Positions 12,483 to 24,040 are shown, numbered from the stretch's first letter. The stretch is 64,000 bases of DNA from Adineta vaga (GCA_021613535.1 CP075493.1:310001-374000); one strand, 5' to 3'. Translations and numbers: made by a program. The notes: generated by a model from the letters alone, not told the origin.

Positions 12483-15400
12483 TTACCGTTCGGCTGGTAC
12501 GTTTTCCAGGTCGAACTCGTCAAATTTAGGTGTATGACCGTCGACGATGCGGCTCATAATAAAATCACCCGCCAAAACTGGTTTGTATTTTTTCGGATTT
12601 CCTACGTTGTCAAAGCATGTTGGCAAACAATCAATGTTTGTAAAATAATTTGGCCCAAAAAACAAACCAATAGAATATCGCTCATTGTGACCCAAATTTA
12701 TAACACGATGAATTGTAGAAACGAATTGATCGTTTGTCCATCGCTGCATTGTATCAGCAATGTTCACAACGAACGCTCCTTCGATCGGTTTTGCGTCAAT
12801 CCATTTTCCTTCGATATTCTTCACTTGCAATGCTGTTACATTCTCTGTTTGCTGGAGAAGTGTGAAACCGCCATAGTCTGTGTGTGCACCACATCCTGTA
12901 TTCACGAAAAACAGAATCGATACAGAGAAGTCATGAAAAATGTGAACTGAACTATTCCTATTCCAGTTTTGTTATTACTTGGTTCGAGTACATGACATAT
13001 TTCAGTGATATTGCCAATGGGTTTTATCTATCTATCTGTCTCGATAGGTGGATAGATAAATCCCCGTGATAAAATCACTGGGATATGTTATGGACTAATA
13101 TCTGAACTAAGTTAAAACTCCACTAATAAAAGTTTATACATCTGCATACTGCGCGCAATGTACTTTTTTTGTCTCGTTTTGAATATTGGTTATCAGGATA
13201 GAATCAGCTTTTAACGAGTATTGATAAAGTATACAACGATTGACAAAATATAGTATGCTGTAAAAAGACTATTTGTGCGTTGTGATCTCGAATAGTTTTA
13301 AATACTCATTCGGATTGTTAAGAGAATTCCAAGACAACTGTCACAAAATCGACAGGATCTGCTGTAAACTCCATAGCATGTACATTACTTAACAAAGTGC
13401 AGTGGTTATTAAAGATCTAGTTCCCTCGACTGAAAGGAGGATCATATGAAAAAAAGTTTGTGTGTGTGTGTGTCTGTCTGTCAGGGCCAAGGTCAGGGTC
13501 AAAAAAACATTTTCTTGAAAAATGGTCAAAAATTCAAAAGACCTCGATATGCGATGAGTTATAGCGTCAAACAAACAAGTTTCTAAAATTCTAGGGTTAT
13601 TCATCGACACATCTGTTTTTGGTAGGACTTGGACCGATGAGAGTTTTTCATCGTCTAACACTGCTCACATTTGTTCCTATGAACTTGGATTCTGGATCGA
13701 ACAGGTTTCTTTGTTCCAAAGAACTAACTAATTAAGGTTTTTTATGCTCGTCTATGGACTAATATAAGATTTTATCAGGCTGGATATTCAGTCACTCAAA
13801 AATGCTATAATGGTTTCGGTAAACGACACTATTTAATGAGAGTGTCTAGTCGTGAGTGGCGCCCTGAAGGGGTGCCGACGAACGACTAGCTGCTCAGCTG
13901 TCTCATTTGGAATTTAGCATCGTTAAGACTACTTAGTAATATTCCAGTAAGATTAAGATTAGTTCGACCTGATCTTCATAATGGGTTGATCCTTCGGCTG
14001 TGATAAGGGTCATCGGAAGTTTTTTTTCTATATGTGCTTGAGAGCACTGATATTAGTCAAGATAATATCGTTTAGGACTACGCATAGGTCAAAAACACAC
14101 GATGATGGTAGTCCCAAGAGGTTCTCAAGGGCTATATTATGAAGGTATCATAGATTCTGAAAGGAGAAATTCAATAAGCCTATATGGCTCTAAGATCTGT
14201 AAAGAATATTAGACTACACGACCGAAGACTAAAGAAAATATTAACGTACTTGAGACATTAAAGTTTGAAGCCGTAGTTTATTTATAGGCGTATACATTAA
14301 TGTCTAGTATGTGTATGTGCTTATTGGATTCTAGTCCAACTTTTGAGACCGTACCTTTAACAAGAAATAAAACCCAGGCAGTATGCACCGATTTACGCTA
14401 GTGCCATCAAAATGCCATCATAGATATATGATGTCTATTGAACTGCTTCTTCCATTCAGTGTGGAATAGATTAACAGTGAACATGTGAAGATATGTTATT
14501 CTCATGAGTTTCTTCCACGCTCCAAACACATTGCCATGTAGAGAAAAGACCGCAATTCTAGAATTCGTTCCAACATTTTAAACACCAGCGACTGGGAGCT
14601 GTGAGTGATGATTTGTCATATAAAATCTCAAAAGGATGCTGAAGTTTTTACAATTTGTTTGAAGTACTCCTTACTGTTAATATGACACATCTTTTTATGA
14701 AGCTTTGCATAACGAGAGCTTTGAGAGCGCACTCAAAGAAGACACACTCTAAATAAAAAAGGTGTATTACAAAACCCGTCGAAAAGGTTCCGTAGATGTC
14801 AAAAGCTTTGGAATGCGTTGACAAATCGAAAGAAATGGTTTTCAAAATCTACGAAACCTAAAAAGGATCTGACCGCGAGTACACGCTCCGAACCATCGTC
14901 TACGAAACCTTCTTAAGTTTCGTACAGCGAGAAAAAGTTTCGCATTTGCTCACGAAACCTTAATGCTTTGGTATAAAACCACAGTGCTGAACCCCGAGGT
15001 TTCGTACTTTCTGACGGAACCTTTTTTTCCCTGTACAAAACGCAAAAAGGTTTCGTAGACGATGGTTCGGAGCGTGTACCCGCGGTCAGATCCTTTTTAG
15101 GTTTCGTAGATTTTGAAAACCATTGCTTTCGATTTGTCAAAGCATTCCAAAGCTTTTGACATCTACGGAACCTTTTCGATGGGTTTTGTAATACACCTTT
15201 TTTATTTAGAGTGCATAATGCAAGATAATTATAGAAAATTCAGTCGAGGGTCAAGCAATTCCGCCTCAACGAGCATTGTTTATTTTACTTCAATCACTGA
15301 CTTTCATACATTGTCTCAAACATTACTGAATAAAATATGAATCTAAATTCTAATCCGTTGTCGATCATTTGACATATCACTTAACTACGACTAGTATATT

Positions 15401-18400
15401 GTAATAGTGTCAAATTAACTTTATTTCTATTGTTGTACATTTGCGCTTTCGAGAATTGACGTCTCTGCGCTCTTTGATACTCATTTTTTCCGAAACCATG
15501 TTATAAGATCGAACTATGTATTTTCATATGACTTCTTTCTCATTCTTTATCGATTATACGCGATGTTTTTTCTAAACGTAATTTGAATCTGTTCGTTCGG
15601 AGAAAGTTGGAAATATTCCTTATACCTATTATTTTCAACGAACTGAATTGAAAGGAGTTGAAGATATTAGTTGCTTTGATATGGATGACGTAGGCGGAAG
15701 CAACTTTGAAAAACTTCTGATTCAGATGAAATTAAGGTCTGATCTCGATTTTTAAAAATTATTTCAGCCCACTATGGGTAGAAAAGTGAATAAAGACTTT
15801 GCAGTGGTTAAGAAGGTTTGTGGAAATTTGGAAGCTTTTCAACGCATCTTTATTCATATCATCTGTGTCGAAAATAACTTCTTTCTGCTACTATTTCTGA
15901 ATCAGTTTGCTAAAACAAAGAGAACATATTTCAAAAGCAGTATGTGCACCGTAATTTCTTTGCACCTTAATAAATTAAAAGTACATTCAGGCAAAAGAAT
16001 CTTCATGGAAATGGTCTTAGTAGTGCTGGAATAAACTCGTCTTACTGAGGATAGCTTTATAAGAGACAATGACAGCTGAATCTTTGACGTGAGTTTAGAT
16101 AAGATTTTTATAGATGAATGCTGCGACTAGAGCTCGGCGGGGCTGCCCTGATCCCTATTTTTTCCCGAGCCCGGTCCCAGTCCCGAAGAGATCGGTATCA
16201 AAATCTCGACTTTTTTCCCAAAAGGGCCGGAATCGGGACGAGTTTCTGTCCAGTGAGCGATGATCGGGATCGGGATGAAAAAACTCGGTCCCGTTGGACT
16301 CTAGCTGCGACTTTGAAAGAAGGGTGGACAGAAATAAACTTCACTGTCCGAAGAGACTCAAATCTAATTTTTTGAACATGATCTCCAAAAAGTTCAGTAA
16401 GCACATTTAAGCAGAGTTTGGCAGTAATGTCAGAATCATTTTTCTGTCAGAAAATATCACAAAAGAAATAATCCTCGCGGCATCGTAACTAGTTTGACGA
16501 TGTGCTTGCTTTCTTCTTTACAAGTTGCTCAATTTTCCGTACAAACTATGAAGATCTCAAAAAACATAGGAACTATACAGTTACACTTTCGCTTCTTCAT
16601 TAGTTTCGTTGATGAAATTCAAAAAGCTCGGAAGAAATTTTATATACATGCGTTTCTTGATCAGATCTGTATCAATTTTAAACTAAAGGAGGGCTGCGTT
16701 TTTATGGCATAAGATATTAAAGAAATAACTATTGTGAGCCCTTTCTGAGATAACACAAAGCGGAGAAACGAACGTCGAACAAATATATTTTAATATTGTA
16801 GAACGGTCTGCAACATAGTACACCCATAACAGAGAGGTGCTAACGTTATACTAGAAAAAGAAAAATTTTCACCTTTTATGAACAATCTTTTTATCCCAAT
16901 CAGAATCAAAACAGACTGTGATACTCATCTCTCCTTCGAATTGTGGAAAGTATATGCACTAATTTAATCGGAATCGGGTTAAATTACGTTAAATACATAG
17001 TATAACTGGTCGCTTAATTAAGCGTCTTTGAATTGACCCATCAATAAGATTTTAAATTATTATTCTATAAAGTTTTGTTTAAATAAAGTTGATAGCACAA
17101 CTATTCTGGTTGAAATAGACTTCTACAAGCTGTGAGATGCTCTCATATAATGCACACTCTTGAAGAAGTTGGACTGTTACTTAACCTTTTCCAAGTTCGG
17201 CAGCCGATATGAAAAAATATAAAATAATTTTTCTGACAGATACAAGGGTGAAGCTTGTCTACACAATCTTTTCAAGAGTTATCGAATAAAAAAAGAGCTG
17301 GCATAAAAAATCCGAAGACATTTGGCTTTGATACGAAGCTTTATGGATTTTCCATTATATCCTGAAGGATCCACACTTAACTGAATGATCTCGTATTTTT
17401 AATACTAACGTGGGAAGTACCCAACGTGATTAATCGATTTTGAGCTTAGAGTCGATGTATGAAGTAGACCTCAGTGAGCTATAGAACGCCCCAAAACGAT
17501 TAGGGTCCATAGGCTTTCTGTCCATAGTTATAAGTATTTTACTGAAATATTATGCTCAATCATGGTACATGCTCAAAAGTCAGTTGATGATATTTTGACC
17601 TGAGATTTTGGCCACAGAAAAGTCTATTGATACATAGAACGCCCTGAAAGGTTCAGTCCAAAATAACGTTCCTTTCTCGATATATTAAGGTTACAAAAAA
17701 CAAAAAAGTTTACCCTTTCTTGCCCTTTGGTCCCTATAAGGATCATTTTATAACAATTTGATTTTTCTGAACTAGAGGGCATTTAAAGAGGAACCTTATA
17801 TCACGTTTAAGAGTAACTGTCATGAATCGTCTAACAAGAATCTAAGTCTAACCTTTATCCCTAATTAATTTTTCATGTTTTTCCTACTTTGTTGTAAACC
17901 TCAGAAATTGCTTTCAATAAAAAGTAACCCATATATCACATGCTCAATAAATTGACATCGAATGAATTTAGTTTAAACTTTTGTTACGTATATCAGGGGT
18001 CATAAGAGTAATGTTGCTGTGGGAATTCTCCTCTCAAACCATTAAGTTTATCTAAAGACAAGAAAGGGTTAAGCAAGTATCTTTTCAGTAAGCGTATCTT
18101 ATATCTGGGACAAGATAATAAATGGAAAAAGGTACTCGCCCAAAAGATGTGGATCAATTGGTTCATCTCTTGATTGAGGTGGATACCACATCACAGACAT
18201 GTTAGCCATAGGTTTATCTGTCAATGATACGAAGTAATCTTCAGGTAAATCCAGCGCCAAAGCAAATGCTACACAGAGTTTATTTGCCAATTCTTTCACA
18301 GCCAGGTAGTAACCATCGTAAATGACTTCACGAAATCCTACAGAGCAAAAAGATTTTATCTCATTCCTAACACCCCAACATGTGCTTACCTGGCAAATCC

Positions 18401-18792
18401 GGCCACTGATTTGGACCATAGAGGACGGCTCCCTTTTGAACATCGGGATCATCCTTGCTCAATTCCAATGCAAAATGAAACGTTTCTTTATAGTCACCTT
18501 TGGCTGCAAATTTCTCTGTTAAAAATGGTGAAAAACCACGCGATTCACCATCGGGTGGGGGTCCCATGGCATGTTTCATTTTAACATCTAGCGGAAGAGC
18601 AAAATATCGCTTTGCTTGTGCAAATGCATCTTTCGTTAGCTGTTGCGGCACGTCATGGTTTTTCAAATAGAAAAAACCAACGTTACGGCAGACTTCTCCA
18701 ATCTCTTTGGCGACTTTAAGTTTTTCTTCTTTAGTACCATGTAAAAAACGATCGAAATTAATGACTGGTATCTCTGTAAAATCTGTTGTCAT
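12483..18792 (-). CDS. IPNS-like 2OG-Fe(II) dioxygenase, paralog B (exons 18792-18390, 18337-18140, 12895-12483)
   Basis: MTTDFTEIPVINF...; GCGAHTDYG, HRV and RYS motifs. Same intron positions as paralog A; the intron 2 donor is GC (TGG|GCGAGT) and the intron is ~5.2 kb. Confidence 0.9.
14745..15213. mobile_element. CMC-superfamily-like MITE with long, near-perfect TIRs
   Basis: CA|CACTCTAAATAAAAAAGGTGTATTAC ... GTAATACACCTTTTTTATTTAGAGTG|CA; 2-bp TSD. Confidence 0.85.
16128..16303. mobile_element. hAT-type MITE
   Basis: Perfect 8-bp TSD GCTGCGAC on both sides; termini TAGAG...CTCTA; GC-rich CGGGA/TCCCG subrepeats. Confidence 0.85.
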
Positions 18793-19204
18793 GTTTTTCT
18801 TTTATAAGTTATAATTATCGAATGTGTACAGATATTGAATTGCACTAATTATCAACAACGAAAAAGTGACTATATAAGCAACGTGTGGATCATTCATGCA
18901 TTGTATAAAAAGGGTGATGTGTTTCGTCGTGCGCAACAAAGGACGGGTAATCTTTATATTCATATTACGACAAAGGCGCAGTAATGAAACCCACACTGAA
19001 CAGTTTATCGTAAGCTAGACAAAAAAGTATCACTAACACACATGATTCTTTAAAGAAAAATTTAAAAAGATAGTCTTATGGAAAAACAGTGATATCAAAC
19101 TCTCGATGAAAATTTATGAAAACGAAATAATCACCTAGGATACAGTTACCTCGATAAATTTTCATTAGAAAATTTTTATCTGTACAGCGGTAACTGAACT
19201 CAAG

Positions 19205-19266
19205 TTGAGAGTGGAGGTGAGGATGTGCGTTTCTTATTTGTACACATCCACACCCACCCTCAAGAT
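19205..19266. repeat. Degenerate inverted telomeric mini-array ending CACCCTCAAGAT
   Basis: TTGAGAGTGGAGGTGAGGATGTG-CGTTTCTTATTTGTA-CACATCCACACCCACCCTCAAGAT. Confidence 0.65.
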
Positions 19267-19807
19267 CAATCAGGATCCAAATTACAGTTTTTCTTTAAAA
19301 AGCAGTGAGCGCGAGTGAACTACGGTTAGTATGAGATAAATCACAGTGTATTTAAATAGAATTAATGTCTTTTGTAAATTCAGATGACTTTTCGATGAAG
19401 TTTTGTTTTTATCGAATGTCGATTCTAGGATTCAACAGGATCTAGGGATCCAGCGTCCACTTTTTCCTCCGTGCACAAAATCGTTGGATAAATTATAAAG
19501 TTATCAAAGGTTCGGTAGGAAAGATTCCCAACCTTTAAAAAAACTACAAAACTGTCGAGAGTTCGATTGAAAATATATACAACCTTTGAATGAGTTATAA
19601 CACCTCCCAAAGATTTGGTAGAAAAGACATCAACCACTTCGTGAAAAATTTACGAAAATTACACACAGTTTCGTTGATGAAATACTAGACCTTGTGTAAA
19701 TCATAGAATTCAGAAAAATTTTGGAGAACGACAGCTAAGCCATATTTGTCTCCCTGAACTAAAATTCATTCGGTGCAAAGCACCGATATTTTTAAAGTTC
19801 TGCAGAA

Positions 19808-20237
19808 AAAGTGCAAAGAAGTTTACTATTTTTCACTTTAAAAAGTAGAATTTAGCAGGCGGAAGTACTTAAAAGTGAACCTTTTTTAGTAACTTTTATT
19901 AAACTTCTTCACTATTTTCGCCATAAGTGCTATTAAGTTGTGGTAAAAAGTAGAAAAAATACTAAAAGTGACTAACAAAGATAATAAAAAGTGAAAAAGT
20001 AAACTTTTTAGTAGTTATTACTATGAAAAGTAGTATGAACTACTTCCAAACACTAATAGATAATATCATTCAATGTTTCCAGAAAATATAAAGTACTTTT
20101 TATGGTAATAATTAGTGAAAAGTTTACTTTTTCACTTTTTATTATCTTTGTTAGTCACTTTTAGTATTTTTTTTAACTTACTTCGTCTGCTAAATTCTAA
20201 TTTTTAAAGTGAAAAATAGTAAACTTCTTTGCACTTT
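19808..20237. repeat. Foldback/MITE with nested inverted repeats, ~50 bp upstream of the monooxygenase ATG
   Basis: AAAGTGCAAAGAAGTTTACTATTTTTCACTTTAAAAA... versus ...TTTTTAAAGTGAAAAATAGTAAACTTCTTTGCACTTT, plus an inner inverted pair. Confidence 0.8.
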
Positions 20238-20286
20238 ATTTTTACATGGGTACTCATTTCTAGACTGAACAGGCTCAGATTGTATA

Positions 20287-21543
20287 ATGGTTACGAATAC
20301 TCGAGAAGTAATCGTCGTTGGTGCTGGTCCAGCTGGTCTTGTTGCCGCTCTTACTCTACACTCACTTGGTCGCCAAGTGACAATACTTGAATCAATGCCA
20401 GCTAATAGGTCTCGACAAGGTAGTCGTGCCATATTCCTTCATAATACGACATTGGATATACTAGATCGTATCTGTAATGGCATAGGGAGCGAAATTTCAA
20501 AGCATGGTATCTACTGGCAAACTCAACGTACATTGTATGATGGAAAAGAAGTATACTCAAAGACTTATGCATCTACTACATCTGATGTCAAACCACATTT
20601 TACTAGCCTACCTCAAACTGAAATTGAACAAATGCTTCTTGCACGCACGCTCACTAATAATATTGAACTTATTTTTGATCAAACAGTAATCGACGTAAAA
20701 TCATGTGAAGAAGATGAAAGTGGTTTAGTCAAAGTAAAGATAGCCAACAGTGAAGTAATTTGGAAAGCACAGTATGTCATAGGAGCTGATGGAGCTCACT
20801 CCATTGTTCGAAAACAAATTGGCGTAAAAATGGAAGGTAATCGAGACGACGGATGGTTTATTGTAGTCGATGTCGCTGAAATCGAACAACAAAAGAATAG
20901 CTTACCAATACTTCCACGGGAACGTATTTTTCACTATGCCCACCCAGCAGTAGACGGACGTAATGTATTGCTGGTTCCATTTCGAGGAGGCTGGCGCATT
21001 GATCTTCAGTGTAAGAATAGCGACAATCCAGTCGAATTAAGCAGCAAGATAGGAGTGAAGCAATGGCTCAGCCGTGTCATGCCCCCAGCATATGCTAATC
21101 ACATCACCTGGGTATCAACTTACCAGTTCTTACAGCTTGTAGCAGATGATTTTGCTCACAAAACAACCCGGCGTGTTCTTCTGATCGGAGAAGCAGCACA
21201 TTTATTTGCACCTTTTGGCGCTCGTGGCCTTAATTCTGGTGTAGCTGATGCTGAGTCGGCTGCTATAGCTATCAACACTGCACTCTCCTATTTTCAAAAG
21301 AACGGTGAAGCAGCTCGTCGTGCCATTGATACATTCGTTCAAGTTAGACGAGCTGCTGCCATGTTTAATCGATTTGCTGCAGGTGAAGCATTATCGCATT
21401 TGAAACCAAATAATGAAATGATGGTTAAACAGTTGGAAGCTGCAGCAAGAGCACCTACGGATAAAATAGCTTCCGAATGGCTAGAAAAAGCTCCATATGG
21501 CCCTCGAACTTGGCCCAACAATATGTTGCTCTCTAAATATTAG
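20287..21543 (+). CDS. FAD-dependent monooxygenase (FAD_binding_3, group A aromatic hydroxylase type); bacterial-like and intronless
   Basis: 418 aa. VIVVGAGPAGL Rossmann motif, YVIGADGAHS (DG motif), LIGEAAHLFAPFGARGLNSGVADA (GD-type motif). Confidence 0.92.
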   Translation: MVTNTREVIVVGAGPAGLVAALTLHSLGRQVTILESMPANRSRQGSRAIFLHNTTLDILDRICNGIGSEISKHGIYWQTQRTLYDGKEVYSKTYASTTSDVKPHFTSLPQTEIEQMLLARTLTNNIELIFDQTVIDVKSCEEDESGLVKVKIANSEVIWKAQYVIGADGAHSIVRKQIGVKMEGNRDDGWFIVVDVAEIEQQKNSLPILPRERIFHYAHPAVDGRNVLLVPFRGGWRIDLQCKNSDNPVELSSKIGVKQWLSRVMPPAYANHITWVSTYQFLQLVADDFAHKTTRRVLLIGEAAHLFAPFGARGLNSGVADAESAAIAINTALSYFQKNGEAARRAIDTFVQVRRAAAMFNRFAAGEALSHLKPNNEMMVKQLEAAARAPTDKIASEWLEKAPYGPRTWPNNMLLSKY

Positions 21544-22040
21544 TTCTTAATATGTCAACTATTGTGTATGATTATGTGACTAGCTTTTAAAATTGAGTTG
21601 TCTATTCTACTTAATCAAATTTAAGAAAAAATAAAATGTTTGAGCGTAATAGTGCGTTAAAGAATGAGATAAATGTGTACTGATATTGTACATAATGTTG
21701 GAACTTTGTATGTTTATTTTCAAAACATACAGCACTGTTCATTCTAAACGGATGAATATTTTAGGCATTAGTTTTATTCATTTGTTTTTTTTTCGACATT
21801 GGCAGAAAGTTTTTGATTACGAGATAATTTCAATGGTTATACGTTTCTTATAGTTTTTCTATCACATGGACAATCGAGAGTGTCACTACATCTTCAACAG
21901 CTATTCGTCGCTATTCTTCGTTTGTATAATCTATTTGCGAACCACTGACCTTGCCTCCTCTTTGATCACTAATCATATAATGGATAATATTAGCTGGGAG
22001 AAAAATATATGATTTTTCGATACAACTAGGTTTTCTGATA

Positions 22041-22227
22041 CTCAGATCAAATAAGTACTGCCCGGAACCGGTCGGACACTTTGCCTTCCGGCAAAAACAT
22101 GGAAGCTGTATTCCGAACCGGATTTTTTCCTATGTTTTTCTAATTGGAAACGGCTGGATTTGGTGGGAAAATTGTTGTTTTCCGTTTGATTCCTGCTGGC
22201 TCCGGAGGCCGGAACGATCGTCCTGGG
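22041..22227. mobile_element. Short TA-flanked MITE-like repeat
   Basis: TA|CTCAGATCAA ... ATCGTCCTGGG|TA with imperfect TIRs and internal CCGG/TTCCG subrepeats. Confidence 0.4.
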
Positions 22228-22358
22228 TATTAATGATACTTTCTGGGTAATCAAGCTAGTTTTCGAGAACTGACGTTAATTTTCAGAAATCATATTTAAT
22301 TTGTCAAATAAAATTGAAAAAACATAATTTTAAGTGATTTTGAAAGGAGAAACGAATA

Positions 22359-22399
22359 TATTGAACGTTTCGTCAACTAATTCGACATCATCAGCAATG
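22359..22399 (-). ncRNA. Minimal type I hammerhead ribozyme in the 3' UTR of a Penelope-like element
   Basis: Minus strand ATTG-CTGATGA-T-GTCGA(ATTAG)TTGAC-GAAA-CG-TT-CAAT. Confidence 0.75.
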
Positions 22400-22474
22400 T
22401 TAATCGTGTTGATTATGAATAGAAAGGGGAAAAGGTTTGCTATTAGTTAAAATACATATCGAAGTTTGTATACA

Positions 22475-23189
22475 TTATCTTGATTTGTAAGGTGTTGGTA
22501 GTTGATTGGATGGTATACCTTCTGGGAATATTATTAATGGTACTGAATGAGTGGTTGTCTTCAGTGGGGTGTCGTAAGCTTTGATAATGAGGGATTCTTT
22601 AAGTAATAGCTTATATTCGTGACTTTCGTGATAGACGATGTTGAAGTTTCCCAGTCCATCTGGTGTCCTGTTTCCTCTTGATGTTGTTGGATTGAGCTTT
22701 TTGTTGTAGTTGTGGTGTTATTGAGGATGTGGTTGTGTGTAGTTGATGGTTTGTTCAGAATACTATTGGATATCGTTTTCTATGCTTGGATACGTTCCGA
22801 ACGTTTTAAGACGGTGGGAGTTGGGTATGGTGTTCGTCTTCTCTGCTGCTTTTCCCTGATCGGCCCGATTGTTGTTGAGATGTTCTCGGTTGTTTGATGT
22901 AGTAATGCATGGATTGCTTGAGCATTTCCAGCGGATGACTTGTTCCGTGAAGGATCAATTGCTTGTTGGAAGATTGAGTTTGGTGCACCATGTTCCTTCA
23001 AACGGCGGATCGGTTGTCGGATAGTTTTTCCTACGTATGTATGACCACAATCGTTGCAGTTGACTGAATATACAACATCAGCTTGTAAGTGCTTTGGTAA
23101 AGGATCTTTTATATTAGAAAAGCTTTGTATTGATCTTCGTGGTCTTGCGAAAAAACGAACGTCGAGACCAGGGCGTATTTTACCAGATA
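22475..23189 (-). pseudogene. 5'-truncated Penelope-like element: linker + GIY-YIG endonuclease
   Basis: KDPLPKHLQADVVYSVNCNDCGHTYVGKTIRQPIRRLKEH ... HQEETGHQMDW ... LLLKESLIIK...THSVPLIIFPEG. In-frame stop at 22780-22782 and a frameshift near 22650. Confidence 0.85.
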
Positions 23190-23277
23190 TGAGGGGTGGG
23201 TGTGAGTGTGGGTGAGGATAATGATTTGGATAGTTCTAAGATACATGTAATACTCACACCCACACCCACACACACCC
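23190..23277. repeat. Head-to-head telomeric junction between oppositely oriented Penelope-like elements
   Basis: TGAGGGGTGGGTGTGAGTGTGGGTGAGG, ~35 bp spacer, then CTCACACCCACACCCACACACACCC. Confidence 0.85.
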
Positions 23278-23484
23278 TTTAGCCGGGATGAAATCTAGAT
23301 TATGGTAGCTAACGCACACCCTCTTTGGATTGAAATTATCATTTCGAATTTCTTCGGAAGTTTGAAACAGATTTAATTGATTATTTGTGATTTTCTAATC
23401 ATAGAATAATTCTTACCATCTGATGAATCCTTTAGCCGGGATGAAATCAAGATTATGGTAGCTAACGCACACCCACACCCACCC
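23276..23484 (+). ncRNA. Hammerhead-bearing repeat units: a half HHR (23276-23308) and a full HHR (23414-23460), each followed by CACACCC
   Basis: TACCAT-CTGATGA-ATCC(TTTAGCCG)GGAT-GAAA-TCAAGA-TT-ATGGTA. The segment 23315-23473 is near-identical to 42906-43065. Confidence 0.88.
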
Positions 23485-23777
23485 TGCGAACAAAGATCTT
23501 AGTTTCGTATTAAAGATATGGAAAATGTAGTAACTCTATTGTCCTGATATATACATTGATGTCTTTTGATTTTCTTGAAATATCTTTGATATGTCGTGGA
23601 TGTAGAGTTCTGTTTTACTACATTGGAAGTTTCTTATTTTGCTTAACTAGGTTCTTATAGTCCTCGTGCAACAATAAGAATCTTTATTAGCTAATCGTTT
23701 GATCATTTATGTCCTGAACTATCGATCTCGATTTATTCAGACTTTTGATATGTTGTTATTAACTAACAGAAGAGAAC

Positions 23778-23847
23778 ATCAGATAGTTTAATTGGTAGAA
23801 TAGCCGACCGGTTATCGGAAGATGTGGGTTCGAGTTCTGCTCTGATA
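23778..23847 (+). tRNA. tRNA-like sequence (pseudo-tRNA or SINE head), identity uncertain
   Basis: Acceptor ATCAGA/TCTGAT, A-box TAGTTTAATTGG, stem CCGA/TCGG around loop CCGGTTA, B-box GGTTCGAGTTC. Non-canonical C33 and T37, and several G-U pairs in the T-stem. Confidence 0.6.
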
Positions 23848-23984
23848 TAATGATCTTTTCGAATAAGTTTCTCGTACTTATTCAAGCATATCTATGTGGA
23901 TACTTTAAATAAATTCGAATCTTTAGTCTCGTGGACAAAATGAAAAGATTTCTAATATTTGATTCTTTCTATACCTATTTTCAA

Positions 23985-24040
23985 ACACACCCACACCCAC
24001 ACCCACACCCTCACCCTCACCCTCACCCACACCCACCCCA
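23985..24040 (+). repeat. Interstitial telomeric tract, mixed (CCCACA)n/(CCCTCA)n
   Basis: ACACACCCACACCCACACCCACACCCTCACCCTCACCCTCACCCACACCCACCCCA. Confidence 0.92.

Noticed and set aside
12429-12950. 173-aa plus-strand ORF
   Set aside because: Antisense to exon 3 of dioxygenase B.
14648-15340. Twin ORFs MKTI(S/A)FDLS on opposite strands
   Set aside because: They are products of the MITE's inverted repeats.
17185-18068. Possible TTAA-flanked piggyBac MITE (and a similar one at ~6860-7723)
   Set aside because: The TIR match is only ~7-12 bp and imperfect; not enough support.
20287-21543. Bacterial contamination as the source of the monooxygenase
   Set aside because: Its AT-rich composition resembles neighbouring genes and it is flanked by eukaryotic repeats with no operon context; read-level confirmation is still advisable.
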